This document shows, piece by piece, positions 10,955 to 22,121 of a stretch of DNA of 64,000 nucleotides (its first letter is position 1; the number at the start of each line of letters is the position of its first letter). Made by a program: the position numbers and the translations under genes. The stretch comes from Stegostoma tigrinum (lineage: Eukaryota). The notes under the pieces are model-generated. The model was not told the origin of the DNA. It made no database searches and saw only the letters and a list, made by a program, of their open reading frames with translations. The stretch is taken from the NCBI RefSeq assembly GCF_030684315.1, contig NC_081373.1, positions 30,419,989 through 30,483,988 of the forward strand, read 5' to 3'.

Positions 10955-12686
10955 ATAACTTGAAATATCACAATCCTTACCAAAGGACAAATGATTGTGG
11001 TTCTGAACAGAATAGGCTAAATCAAGAAAGCACAGGCACTACTTAGATAGAGGCACATACCAACTGGTGGTGTCAGATCCCTCACCACAGCTAGAGAGCA
11101 GGATAATCCAAACACTCAAGAAATTTAAACATGCTGAAGGAATCATTAACACTGACTACATCAGAATGAAACCAGAATGTTCAAATAACACCCCCACTTC
11201 TACAGACTCCAAGGAACACAAACCTGGAATCCCACTCAGACCAATAGTCTCCTTACCGGACACACCTACACACAAGCTAGCGAGGGAATTACAACAGAGA
11301 TTTGAACACCTAATTAGCAGACCCCCACATGGGATCCATTCAATCCAAAAACTTTTCACATAGCTCAGGGACGCAAAAATTGATGAGGATGAAATCATGA
11401 TCTCCTTCAACGTTACAGAACTATTTATGTCCATTGATATTCTATTTTAATAAATAATAAATAAACAGCTAGCTAGCCAGAGAGAAACTAACCACACTAG
11501 AAGGAGGGCCAGGTGCACGGACCCTGAACACCATCATCAACACCGAAAGCTTGCTGAAACTATTAGATTTGTGCCTCAACACACTTCACATTCAACATCC
11601 AAATATATAATTAGATCAACAGCACAAGATTGGGTTCACTGATCTCAGGTCCCATCACAAACGCAGGGATGGGGAGACTGGAAAACAGTCTTTCCTGTAA
11701 TTCAACCGAAACTGTGGATGAGATACATGGATGACTCATGCATAATAATAAAAAAGAAACCCACTAACACGTTAACAACATCTTCACAAGGAGAGAAAGA
11801 AAACAACAAACAGTTCCCATTGTTAGACTAATGGTAGAGAGACTAACACAAATTCCGGATCCGAGCGTACAAGGAAGCCACACGCATGGACCAAATCAAG
11901 AACTTAACAGCATCCACACCAACATACACAAACTGAGCTGCATTAAGACACTACTCAAACAAGACATATCACATGGCAACATCCCAGAACTCCGGAGAAT
12001 GGAAGAGGTACACCTGCACAAAGTATTTACCAACAATGGATACCCAAGAAGTTTCATCTGCCAATGTCTACAAAACAAATGACTGTCAGAGGGCACAGTA
12101 CAACAGAAGACACAAGTAACACTACCCAACACCAAAAATATATTAGAAATGACAACCAGACTCTTTAGACTGCACAGGATCATGATGACACAGTGATGAT
12201 ATAGGTTTGTGCACAAAATATTTTCAAAGACTAAAGACCCCAGACCGACAGTAAACAGGGCTAACGTGATATACAGAATCCCATGCAGCAAGTGCAATAA
12301 ACATTACACTGGACAAACGAGAATGAAACTGACACCCAGGATACAAAAAACACCAGCTGGCAGTAAAAAGACACGATCAATATTCACTTGTCCCATTACA
12401 CACAATGAAGGCCATCCATTCGACTGGGACAAGCGAACAACAAACATGCAAGGGAATTTCTGGAGGCCTGGTTCTCAACACGGAACTCTGCATACAGACT
12501 GCTGCTTGAAAAAACGCCAAAAAACAGAACAAGGGACAAGACCCACCAAATCACAGGATCGTAAATTCAGATCGGAGCAGAATACCAACACTTCAATTAG
12601 AGGTCACACTGATGTTGCCTAGAGTGGTAACAAATCATCTGCACACCACGGAAAAACCAGCTTGGTGAGCAAACGAACAACTGCAT
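10955..12686 (+). mobile_element. Degenerate Penelope/Poseidon-type PLE nested in a CR1
   Basis: Fragments PGIPLRPIVS, SFNVTELF, WMRYMDDS, FTNNGYP and NVIYRIPCSKCNKHYTGQT (GIY-YIG, no Cys linker seen). Decayed hammerhead-like stretch at ~12609-12640. CR1 sequence resumes on both sides. Confidence 0.8.
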
Positions 12687-12817
12687 AGAAGTTGGGAAGT
12701 TATGTTGGATTTGTACAGGATGTTGGTGAGGCTACACTTGGAGTACTGTGTCCAATTTTCATCACCTTGTTATAGGAAGGATGTTATTAAACAGGAAAGC
12801 AACACAAGAAATTTACA

Positions 12818-13000
12818 GCGATAATGGGAACTGCAGATGCTGGAGAATTCAAGATAATTAAATGAGGCTGGATGAACACAGCAGGCCCAGCAGCATCTCA
12901 GGAGCACCTCTGATGAAGGGTCTAGGCCCGAAACGTCAGCTTTTGTGCTCCTGAGATGCTGCTGGGCCTGCTGTGTTCATCCAGCCTCACATTTCATTAT
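12818..13000. mobile_element. Mini-hairpin formed from two PLE 3' ends
   Basis: Same termini as 4002-7463. 14-bp TSD ACAAGAAATTTACA at 12804-12817 and 13001-13014; inserted in a CR1. Confidence 0.88.
12910..12937 (+). ncRNA. Minimal hammerhead ribozyme motif in mini-hairpin PLE
   Basis: CTGATGAAGGGTCTAGGCCCGAAACGTC. Confidence 0.7.
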
Positions 13001-13439
13001 ACAAGAAATTTACAAGCATGTTTCCAGGACTGAAGGGGCAGTTACAGGAGGAAGTTGGTCAAGTTAAGACTTTTTCTTTATAGCATAGGAGATTGAGGGG
13101 GGATCTTAGAGAAGTGCATAAGATCATGAGAGGCATGGATAGGGTGAATGCACTCAGTTTTTTCCCTGGGTTGGGGCATTAAGGTAAGAGGAGAAAGAAT
13201 ACATGGGTACATGAGGAGCATTTTTAAAAATAAAAACAGGATGGTAAGCATATGGAATGAACTGACAGCAGAAGTGGTTGAGGCAGGTACAGTAACATGT
13301 AAAAGGCATTTGAACAAATACATGGTTAAGATTTAGAAGGACATGGGCCAAAGACAGGGAAGTAGCATTGGCGGTGATGGGCATTTTGGTCGTCTGAACG
13401 GTCTGTCTCTATGCTGAGAGATTCTAGGACTCTAAGTAA

Positions 13440-15065
13440 ACAGAGCATAGGACAAAGTACATGAAAAATATTGGACAGTTGTGAAAAAAGGACTGCAATG
13501 ACCATGGGTGATTTTGATCTACACATCAACAGCAGAATAAAAATCAGAGATTGGTAGGGGTGTCCTGGAAGAGGAATTCAAAGAATGTTTGAGACAGTGA
13601 GAGCAACAAATTCAAGTACCAAAAACTTGTTACTGTGCAGTGAGAGAATTAATAACCCTAAAGCACCTCTAGGTAGCAACAACTATAATAATGACAGAGT
13701 TTTACATCCCATTTTAAAAGGGAGAAGATTGGATCTAAAACTAGTATTTCAAATTTAATTAAGGGAAATGAAAACCTCAGCCAGCAGAACTGAACTGACA
13801 TACTCTATTGATTCGTCCTCTTTGTATCTATGGTAGACACTAAAGGGATCTTTCTGAAGAAGTATACACCTGCTACAAAGGAAACTTCCATAGTAAAATT
13901 AAGCACTAAACAACAAGGAAAAAGCATACCGATGAGAAAAGGGCGTGGCAGATTACAGTACTGATCAGAATATAAAGAATGGCTGTGTATGGCTGAAAAG
14001 TCAATTAGGAGGGAGAAATTACAGTGCAAAGGAAAGCAAGCTAGAAATTTTAAAATGGACAGTAAGTATCTTACAGATCATTTAAAAAGGACAATAAATA
14101 TTGCTCCGCTACAAAGAGAATGGGCGGTTAAATAATGGATAATAAGCAAATGGTAGAATACATGATTCAATATTTTGCTTTCTTCATAGGGCAGAATTTT
14201 AAAAAGTGTCCAACAATGGCTATAAATCAGGAGGAGCAGTAGGTGGAAAAGTACTTTGTGAAAATATAAGGAATGCAGATAAAAAAAAGTTTATGCAAAT
14301 AAATAAAATTTGGCAGAGGGAGAATAATGAGAGAAAATCGGCAGGTACAATGAAAACCCAGACATCATTCAAATAAGACCTACTGAAGAATTCCAAAATG
14401 CAGATGGATTTAGCTATAGCGCAGGAGGCACAAAATGTCAGTATGCTGCTTTGTATTTAATTGAAAAAGCAAATGAGATACTATGATTTATCACAAGAAG
14501 AATTAAACATGAAAGGATGTTGTTTCAGTGATAGGCGGCCTTCATGAGACCACATCAAAAAATATATGCAGTTTTTATCTCCTTAAAGGGGAGAAAGAAA
14601 CTGCATTAGAATAGTTCAGAACAGATTTGCTAGACCAATACATAAAGTGAATACACCACCTGAATGAGGATAGGTTAGACACACTGGACACATTTTCATT
14701 TGCCTTTCAGATTAAGAAATGACTTGACTGAAGTGTTTATGATCCTGAATGATCTTAAAAAAAGTGAATCAGAAGCGGAGTTTCTCCTTGTAGCTGAGTC
14801 CAGAACTAGGAGGCACTGTTTTAAAGTTAACATTCATCCTTCCAAGGCAAATGAAAAGAAAAGAACTTTCTTTTTCCTCCCAGAAGTTTGTGCAACCTTG
14901 GAACACTGGAGGTTGGATCATCTAACTTTAAAAGCAGAGAAGGATTCAAAAGGTTATCAGGAATAAAAGGGAATGTGGAATTTCAAACGTGAATAGATCA
15001 ACCATGAACATACTGTACAGCAGAACAAAAGGCCAAATGGTCTACTATGGCCCCTAAGTCTATGT
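13440..15065 (+). mobile_element. Highly degraded CR1-like fragments
   Basis: Remnant EN motif (MGDFD) and C-terminal DLTEVFMI/ESRTRRHCFK segments. Confidence 0.5.
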
Positions 15066-15195
15066 ATATTTATAACATGAAATAAGCAACATCCACTGTA
15101 TTTCATTTAAAAGCAGTGCTCTGGAGGGATTTGCTTCGGGCACTTAATTGTAGAATCAATTACAATGTTAAATTCAAGCGTTCAGAAATGCATAC

Positions 15196-15394
15196 CTTCC
15201 CCTTTGGCCAATGCTACAGGCAGTGGACTATAATTATGTGCACCATACTTTTCTTCACGTGCAAAGACTTCTTCGGAAGTAAGTGACTTTTCAATTTTTA
15301 ATGTTGTTTCTGTGGCAGAGTAAGCTACTGTCTTGAGTCTTCGTTTTAAAGTCGAAGTACTTGAATTTATGCATCGTGAGAATCGGGACAGCAT
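15196..15394 (-). CDS. OAT: Ornithine aminotransferase first coding exon (exon 2, 199 coding nt; exon starts ~15419), with mitochondrial presequence
   Basis: [26 protein letters not shown]...[23 protein letters not shown]-rich N-terminus lacking acidic residues; pyrimidine tract plus AG at 15420-15421; GT at 15194-15195. Confidence 0.96.
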
Positions 15395-15734
15395 TTTTTA
15401 AAAAGTGTTCCAAGCTTGGCTATACAAAATGAAAGAAACAGTTAGTTATCTTTTAAAATGTTATTCAATTTAAGTAGCACAGCCTTGGTCTCAACTCATT
15501 TCACCTTAATGCTTCAGCTACAATGCTGAAACATTCAATATGTTTTAAAGTAACAGCGAAGTAACATGAAGATGGACCATCCATTCAGAATATGAATCAC
15601 TTCCCAATTCCCACAGAACAGGAACGTTACCATGAGCCAACTTAGTTTCTGGTATATCAGAACACTTCTCGCATAATAAAATTGCACAAGGACCACAGCT
15701 AGAAGATGCTGCAAATAATCAGCATGTAAAATTT

Positions 15735-16045
15735 AGGGGCAGCACGGTGGCTCAGTGGTTAGCACTGCTGCCTCACAGCACCAGGGACCCAAGTTTGATT
15801 CCACCCTAGGGCAACTATCTGTGTGGAGTTTGCACATTCTCCCAGTATTTGCGTGGGTTTCCTCTGGGTGCTCGAGTTTCCTCCCATAATCCAAAGATGA
15901 GCAGGCTAGGAGGACTGGCCATACTAAATTGCCCATAGTGTTCAGGGATGTGTAATTAGATGGGTTATGGGGAATGAATCTGGGAGGTGTAGTGTGAACT
16001 TGTTGGGCCGAAGGGCCCGTTTCCACACTGCAGTGATTTCTATGA
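15735..16045 (+). mobile_element. tRNA-derived SINE (HE1-like) with CR1-type 3' tail
   Basis: A-box TGGCTCAGTGG, decayed B-box GTTTGATTCC, core gtgtggagtttgcacattctccc, tail gggccgaagggcccgtttccacactg. Confidence 0.85.
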
Positions 16046-17616
16046 AAAGAGGAAAAAATGATTGACAGACTCACATTTCCTACTTGGTATGCATGATGTC
16101 GTTGCTGCCAGAATTCCTACACAATCTAGGCAATGCACAACATTTGCCTAATTCTTCAATTATATCCCAGAGAAGGCAAAATCTTAACATATTACATATC
16201 CAGAATGCAATCTGCTGTCTGACATCACAATCACATTGTATCACACCCAAGAAGTGCCTCTCCCCATACAACTATGCAACCAACTAAATGCAGTGTATTT
16301 GTCTGAAGTAACCATGCAAGTTAGCTCACAAGCATACATGTTTAGGATAACTTCTCATGAAGAACAAAAATCAAAAAGTGAACGAGTAATGCAAGATTGA
16401 ACAAATTCAAATAATGTCATTATGTATACAGAATTCATGTAATAAAGTCTGCATAACTGCTAATTTCAGTGCCAATAGAAACTTGGAACATATTGTATTC
16501 TGAAAGGCTGTTATACTTTCAGATGATGCAACATTCAGGAACTATTGCTCTATTTAACAGAGGATTAGTTTATACAGCCAAGGATGAACACCTCTCACCC
16601 AAACAGCGACGTACAAATATTTACAGAAACTGATTTTATTGTATTTTGAAACAGACTAAGCCACAAGGTAATCAACTGGAAGGCAATTTATTTTCTGGTT
16701 TATTCCATTCTCGCTCCAGAGGTTAGCCCCAAATGATTATTCTGTGAAGCCTCAGTTTGCAATTTTAATAAAATCCTATTGTGAACCAAACAATACCATT
16801 GCAGACATGTAAACCAAAATTGCATTTGTGGAAAATCTAAAACAAAGAGATAATGCTGTAAATACTAAACTAAAACAGCATCTGTAAACACAAAAACAAC
16901 TTAGGTCAGGAGGTGTAACCATAAAATATTGTTTTGCTCTACAAATGCTGACTCATTTCCAGCATTTCAGTTATTATGTTATTGTATTTACAAGCACTTT
17001 GGTTCAAACCTGAAATTATAAACTATTCCTCTTGCTGACATCAAAAAGCATTTACACAAAAAGGTTTTACTTTGTAATCAAACCCCCAATTAAAACAAAA
17101 AATGTTGCTTGTTAAACTACACACAAACCCAAAGATGGGTATTATTTTACATTTGACATGTTACAAAGTGATCTGCGAACATTCAATTTTTTAAAAATCT
17201 AAGAATTGGGACTTGAAAAATTTCAATTAAAATCTTTGACATTTAGAATGTGCTAAGGCTAAATCGAATAGATTGAGGTACAAAGGCTGTAGCTGGACTG
17301 AAATGTTATGTGTGCATAATTTATAATTCACAAGTTGAGTCTTAGTTAAACATCATTCCTCCTTTTGAAATCAGATTGGAAAATATCTGATAAAAAGATT
17401 GATGAAAGATCAATTCAAATCAAATCAAAAACCAAAGTCTGATCAGGTTTGTTTCTACTGTATTTTAGCTTCTTATGATGAAATCAGAACTGAAACCATC
17501 ACTACATTTCACACCAAAATGCAAAATATCGCCATTAGCAAAATCAAGTTTGCTTCACCTCAGTAGTTAGGATTTGGCAGAATCACCCGAATAAACCAGG
17601 CAGAGTCAGTCAGCAT

Positions 17617-17835
17617 AATAAAATGTGAGGCTGGATGAACACAGCAGGCCAAGCAGCATCTCAGGAGCGCAAAAGCTGACGTTTCGGGCCTAGACCCTTC
17701 AAGGGTCTAGGCCCGAAACGTCAGCTTTTGTGCTGCTGAGATGCTGCTTGGCCTGCTGTGTTCATCCAGCCTCACATTTTATTATCTTGGAATTCTCCAG
17801 CATCTGCAGTTCCCATTATCTCTGATACTATTTTA
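17617..17835. mobile_element. Mini-hairpin formed from two PLE 3' ends (near-perfect palindrome centred at 17700)
   Basis: Arms ~17615-17699 and 17701-17785, tail to 17835. TSD AGAGTCA(G/C)TCAGCAT at 17602-17616 and 17836-17850. Confidence 0.88.
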
Positions 17836-18516
17836 AGAGTCACTCAGCATGTCAGTTGCTGATTGGTTAGCAAGTACTGACCCACTGCAACACCCCTCAC
17901 CATAAAAGGAAAGTGTTTCTAAACAAAACATGACATTTGCAACCTTCAAGCAACATCCAAAATAATTTTGCATTCAATACACATTTGATAAATAGTCATA
18001 CAAATAGCACCTTAAAAATCAAACAAGAGTAAAATTTGTCAATTAAAAAAACAAACAAAAAATGCTTTAAAATGCCCCTAAACATAGGCATTTTTTTAAA
18101 TTTCAAAAATACACTTTTCATAAAATCACCTTTGTATACATATAGTCACTAATGCAATTCAATTCTGTACAGCAGTACACGAAGAAACAAACACAGAAGA
18201 TTGACCGATCCAGCAAACAAACCAAAGGCATTTCTTGTGTGAGATTATATTCCAATGTAACCAATACGGCATTTATAAATTCTCCAAATGGTGCAGCAAA
18301 ACCAAGTGGGATAGATATTTGTTGAGGAATATTTTTGGCAGTTCAGCAACTCATGGGCAAGTCCTGTGCGGGCTAATCACCAGCTCCCTCTCTATCGAGG
18401 AGCTTGTGACTCCAAACTTATGTTTTTCGTTGAACATGTTGCAAACTGAAGACAAAAGAAACACCTTCCCCACCCACAACATGTATGCAATCTCATCAGA
18501 ACGCTCGAAGAACTTC

Positions 18517-19905
18517 AGAGACAAGAAGGTGGACAGCTGGATGAACACAGCAGACCAAGCAGCATCAGAGCAGCACGAAGGCTGACATTTCAGGCCGAGA
18601 CCCTTCTTCAAAAATGGGGAAAGGGTAAGGGGGTTCTGAAATAAATTGGGACAGAGGGGGAGGCGGATAGAAGATGGATAGAGGAGAAGATTGGTCGAGA
18701 GGAGACAGACAGGTCAAGGAAGCAAGGATGGAGCCAGTAAAGGTGAGTGTAGGTGGGGAGGTAGGAAGGAGATAGGTGCGGGATGAGGTTAGCAGTTAGG
18801 AGATGGAGGTGGGGCTTGAGGTGGGAGAAAGGACAGATTGCGGAGGCAGGGACAAGCTGGGCTGGTTTTGGGATGCAGTAGGAGGAGGGGGGATTTTGAA
18901 GCTTGTGAAATCCACATTGATAACATTGGGCTGCAGGGTTCCCAAGCGGAATATGAGTTGCTGTTCCTGCAACATTCGGGTGGCATCGTTGTGGCAATGC
19001 AGGAAGCCCAGGATGGAGATGCCGTCTGCAGAATGGGAGGGGGAGTTGAAATAGTTCACAACTGGGAGGTGCAGTTGTTGAGTGTGAACAGAGCATAGGT
19101 TTTCTGCAAAGCGGCCCCCAAGCCTCTGCTTGGTTTCCCAGATGGAGAGGGGGCCACAACAGGGAACAGTGGATGCAGTATATCAAATGTTCACTAAGCA
19201 AATGTTCACCTGCACATCTGCTAATGCAGAAAAAGTCTTCTTGGGGCCTGGGATAGGGGTGAGGGAGAAGGTTTAGGGACAGGTGTAGCACTTCCTGCAG
19301 TTGCAGGGAAAAGTGCCACGTGAAGTGGGGCTGGAGGGGAGTGTGGAGCGGACGAGGGAGTCATGGAGAGAGTAGTCTCTCTGGAAAGCAGATAAGGGTT
19401 GGTAGGGAAAAAATGTCTTTGCTGGTGGGGTCAGATTGCAGGTGGCGGTAGTGTCAGGAGATGATGCATTGGATCCGGAGGCTGGTGGGGTGGTATGTGA
19501 GGATGAGGGGATTCTGTTTTGGTTGTTATAGTGGAGAGGGGGTGTGAGGGATAAGTTGTGGGAGACACAGTCGAGAGCTTCTCGGCCACGGTTGGGTGGG
19601 GGGGGGGGTTGCAGTCCTTGAAAAATGAGGACATCTGAGAAGTATGGGAGTGGAATGTCTCATCCTGTGGCAGAGGCAATGGAATTGGGAACAGGGGCTG
19701 GAATTTTTGCAGTAAGGTGGGTGGGAGATGGTGTATTCTAGGTAACTGTGGGAGTCAGTGGGCTTGAAATGGATATCGGCCTGTAGGTGGCTGCCAGAGA
19801 CGGTGACAGGGGTGTCCAGGAAGGTGAGGGAGGTATTAGAGATGATCCAAGTGAACTTAAGGTTGGGGTGGAAGGTATTGGTGAAGTGGATGAACTGTTC
19901 AGCTC
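18517..19905 (-). mobile_element. Older degraded Neptune-type PLE, 5'-truncated
   Basis: Frameshifted fragments EQFIHFTNTFHPNLKFTW, FKPTDSHSYLEY and EQQLIFRLGTLQPN, homologous to 4002-5964. Confidence 0.88.
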
Positions 19906-19939
19906 CCCAGATAACGGTCAGCCCACCCTCTCCGATTAA

Positions 19940-20450
19940 CAGGCCGGACGCTGCTCTATTTGCCCAGAACTGACACATCGGTCGTTTGCAGCGCGAGGCG
20001 GATTTCCCAATGTTCCCCACCATACGGATTAACAGGGACACGAGTGGCTGGGCTTGAACAGGGGACAGCCGCAGTGCGAGATGGAGGTGGATATGACCCG
20101 GTCTCCCTCCAGCTACCCACACGCTTCTTCCCACCAACCACCCCTCTCCCCCGCGAGCTGCAGCTACAGGAGGTTCGTATAATTGTCATACGTTGACTGC
20201 ACGGGCCCCAAAGTCCCGGCTAATATCGATCGACCGATTTCCGGCCACCCGATTCTCCGGAGGGCGAGGGGGGGGGGGGGGGGTGAATAAGAATTCTCAC
20301 CTTCCGCGCCTCCGATACGGCTGGTCTGATTTGAGCTCCAATCCTGTACAGGCACGCCCGCCCCCGAAACGACCGTTTTCTTGGGGGCGCGCACCACGTG
20401 TCGTGCCACGTCTTCACGCGCGAGTTGTGGTCTGCGTTATCATTGGTTGT
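19940..20450 (-). promoter_or_regulatory. CpG island / OAT promoter
   Basis: Dense CpGs in a CpG-poor window; GC box (cccgcccc ~20357-20364), E-box CACGTG 20395-20400, CCAAT on minus strand 20442-20446. Confidence 0.7.
20301..20350 (-). other. OAT: Putative non-coding exon 1 of OAT (5' end approximate)
   Basis: AG|GTGAG donor at 20301/20300 inside the only CpG-dense patch upstream of the OAT coding exons. The first coding exon has a splice acceptor before its ATG, so an upstream exon is required. Confidence 0.65.
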
Positions 20451-22121
20451 GGAGGAAGGTGTTGTGTGTGTTGTATTACTTATGTTCTTATTCACCTCAA
20501 GTCCTCTTTGTCCATTTTTCCATTAGTTGGAGCCAACACATCACGAGCAAACTTTAATAATTATCCCAAGTCGTGTTGGTATGTGATTTTAGAGGGTAAT
20601 TTTCAGGTGGTGGTGTGTGCATATGCTCTTACTGTTTATCATTCGTTTGGGAGGTGTTATCTTAATAATTAGTTGGTAATTAGTTCGTAATAGTAGGCAC
20701 TAGTCCATTGCTCTGAGGTAACAGATGAAATGCAAATGAAACAATCTGATCTCATCTGGGCAAGTGGAGAATATTCTCAATCACAACACTCCTGCTTTGT
20801 ACCTTGTAGCTGGTGAAAAAGATTTTGGAGAGTCAGAAGTTGAGACGCTCGCTCTAAAATTTCAGACCTCTGATCAACTTTGTACTCATTATTTTCATAA
20901 AAAGTCCAATTAAGTTTGTGGTCAAAGGTGATCTCCATGAATTTGATGGTAGGAGATTTTATGATGATAACATTACTAGTGTCAAGTTAAGGTGGTTAAA
21001 CTCTCTTGTTGGAATTAGTCATTGTTTGGCACTTGCATTGCACAAATTCAGCTTGTCACGTATCAATCTCAAATTTTGCCCCGTGTGCACATTGTTACCA
21101 TTGTGGTAATTATTTGAACACATAGGGGCAGTTACCATCCATCATCTGGTTGTCATACCCAAACACCTTTTATGCATTAAAATTATCTTTTGGGGAAGAA
21201 ACATGATCCTACAAAGACTACAGTTGTTACTTAATCATACATTGAGACCCACATGGGATAAACAAAATTGCCTGCAATTAAATTGCTATTTTTAACTAAA
21301 ATTTTAGAAACTAGCCAATTGGATCACTGTCAAGAAATTCACAATTCCTGTTTTAAATCACACGTTATAATAGTTTCACATATTAGGAGATAAAAGATTC
21401 ACCTACCATTTAACTAGTTTTATCAGGTAATGAAACCGTCCTCAGGAATACACACCAGACTACATTTCAAGCTGCTGCTTTGTAGAGCAGCAGAAAGAAA
21501 GAACATAGATTATTAACAACAACGATTTGCCCCAGAGGTGTGCCATAACATGTACAAATGGGTTAATAAAAATAATTTCCTGTCCTAGGACGCAGTGATA
21601 GTGACCCTATCTATGGGTTAGAAGGTCCAGATTTCACTTTTCCTGCAGAAAACTTGGATCTTAAACAGGGGTGGATGTCAAGCTTGAAACGTCCTTCTAC
21701 TAAGGCTGCTCTCTTACTGTTCCACTGATCTGCCTTATTTGTGGGAGTGCATAACAGATATCAGTCCAACAGTTTTTCCTCAAACTCTTATCACTTCAAA
21801 AGAACTGCAGCAGAAGACAGATCTCACAATAATCCTCCAAGACTTTGTGGAAAGGATAATTGTGCCAGGGCGAGTATTATATCCCTTTTCAAAAAGTACT
21901 GGAATAAACCAGGAAATTATAGACCTATTGGTCTTCAGGTATTGGTAAATTAATTACTTTTAACGCGATTACATTTCTAAACATTTGGAAAAACAGGTTA
22001 ATCAATTACTGAATATTAATTTCTAAAGGTCCTGAAGATTATAAGAGAGATATGATGAGAACATGAGAGTGTTCTTACTCAATAGTAAAAACATGATTAG
22101 AGGACAAAGGTTGAAGATAAT

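Larger units (their letters stand above)
10075..13430 (+). mobile_element. CR1 LINE, degraded, hosting two nested PLE insertions
   Basis: Decayed RT motifs (PEDWRVANIVPLFKK, GSVLSP, KFADD at ~10624-10640) and C-terminal CR1 sequence after 12686. Confidence 0.8.

Noticed and set aside
15735-15810. tRNA gene
   Set aside because: tRNA-like A/B boxes are followed by SINE body and LINE-like tail, so this is a SINE head. The same applies to 54810-55050, 59119 and 62320-62390.
17615-17785. pre-miRNA, terminator or DNA-transposon MITE
   Set aside because: Both arms are PLE 3' ends matching 7381-7464, and the 15-bp TSD with a one-sided tail does not fit common DNA-transposon MITEs.
19956-20672. ORFs over the CpG island (up to 159 aa)
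   Set aside because: No recognisable domains; expected by-product of GC-rich promoter sequence.
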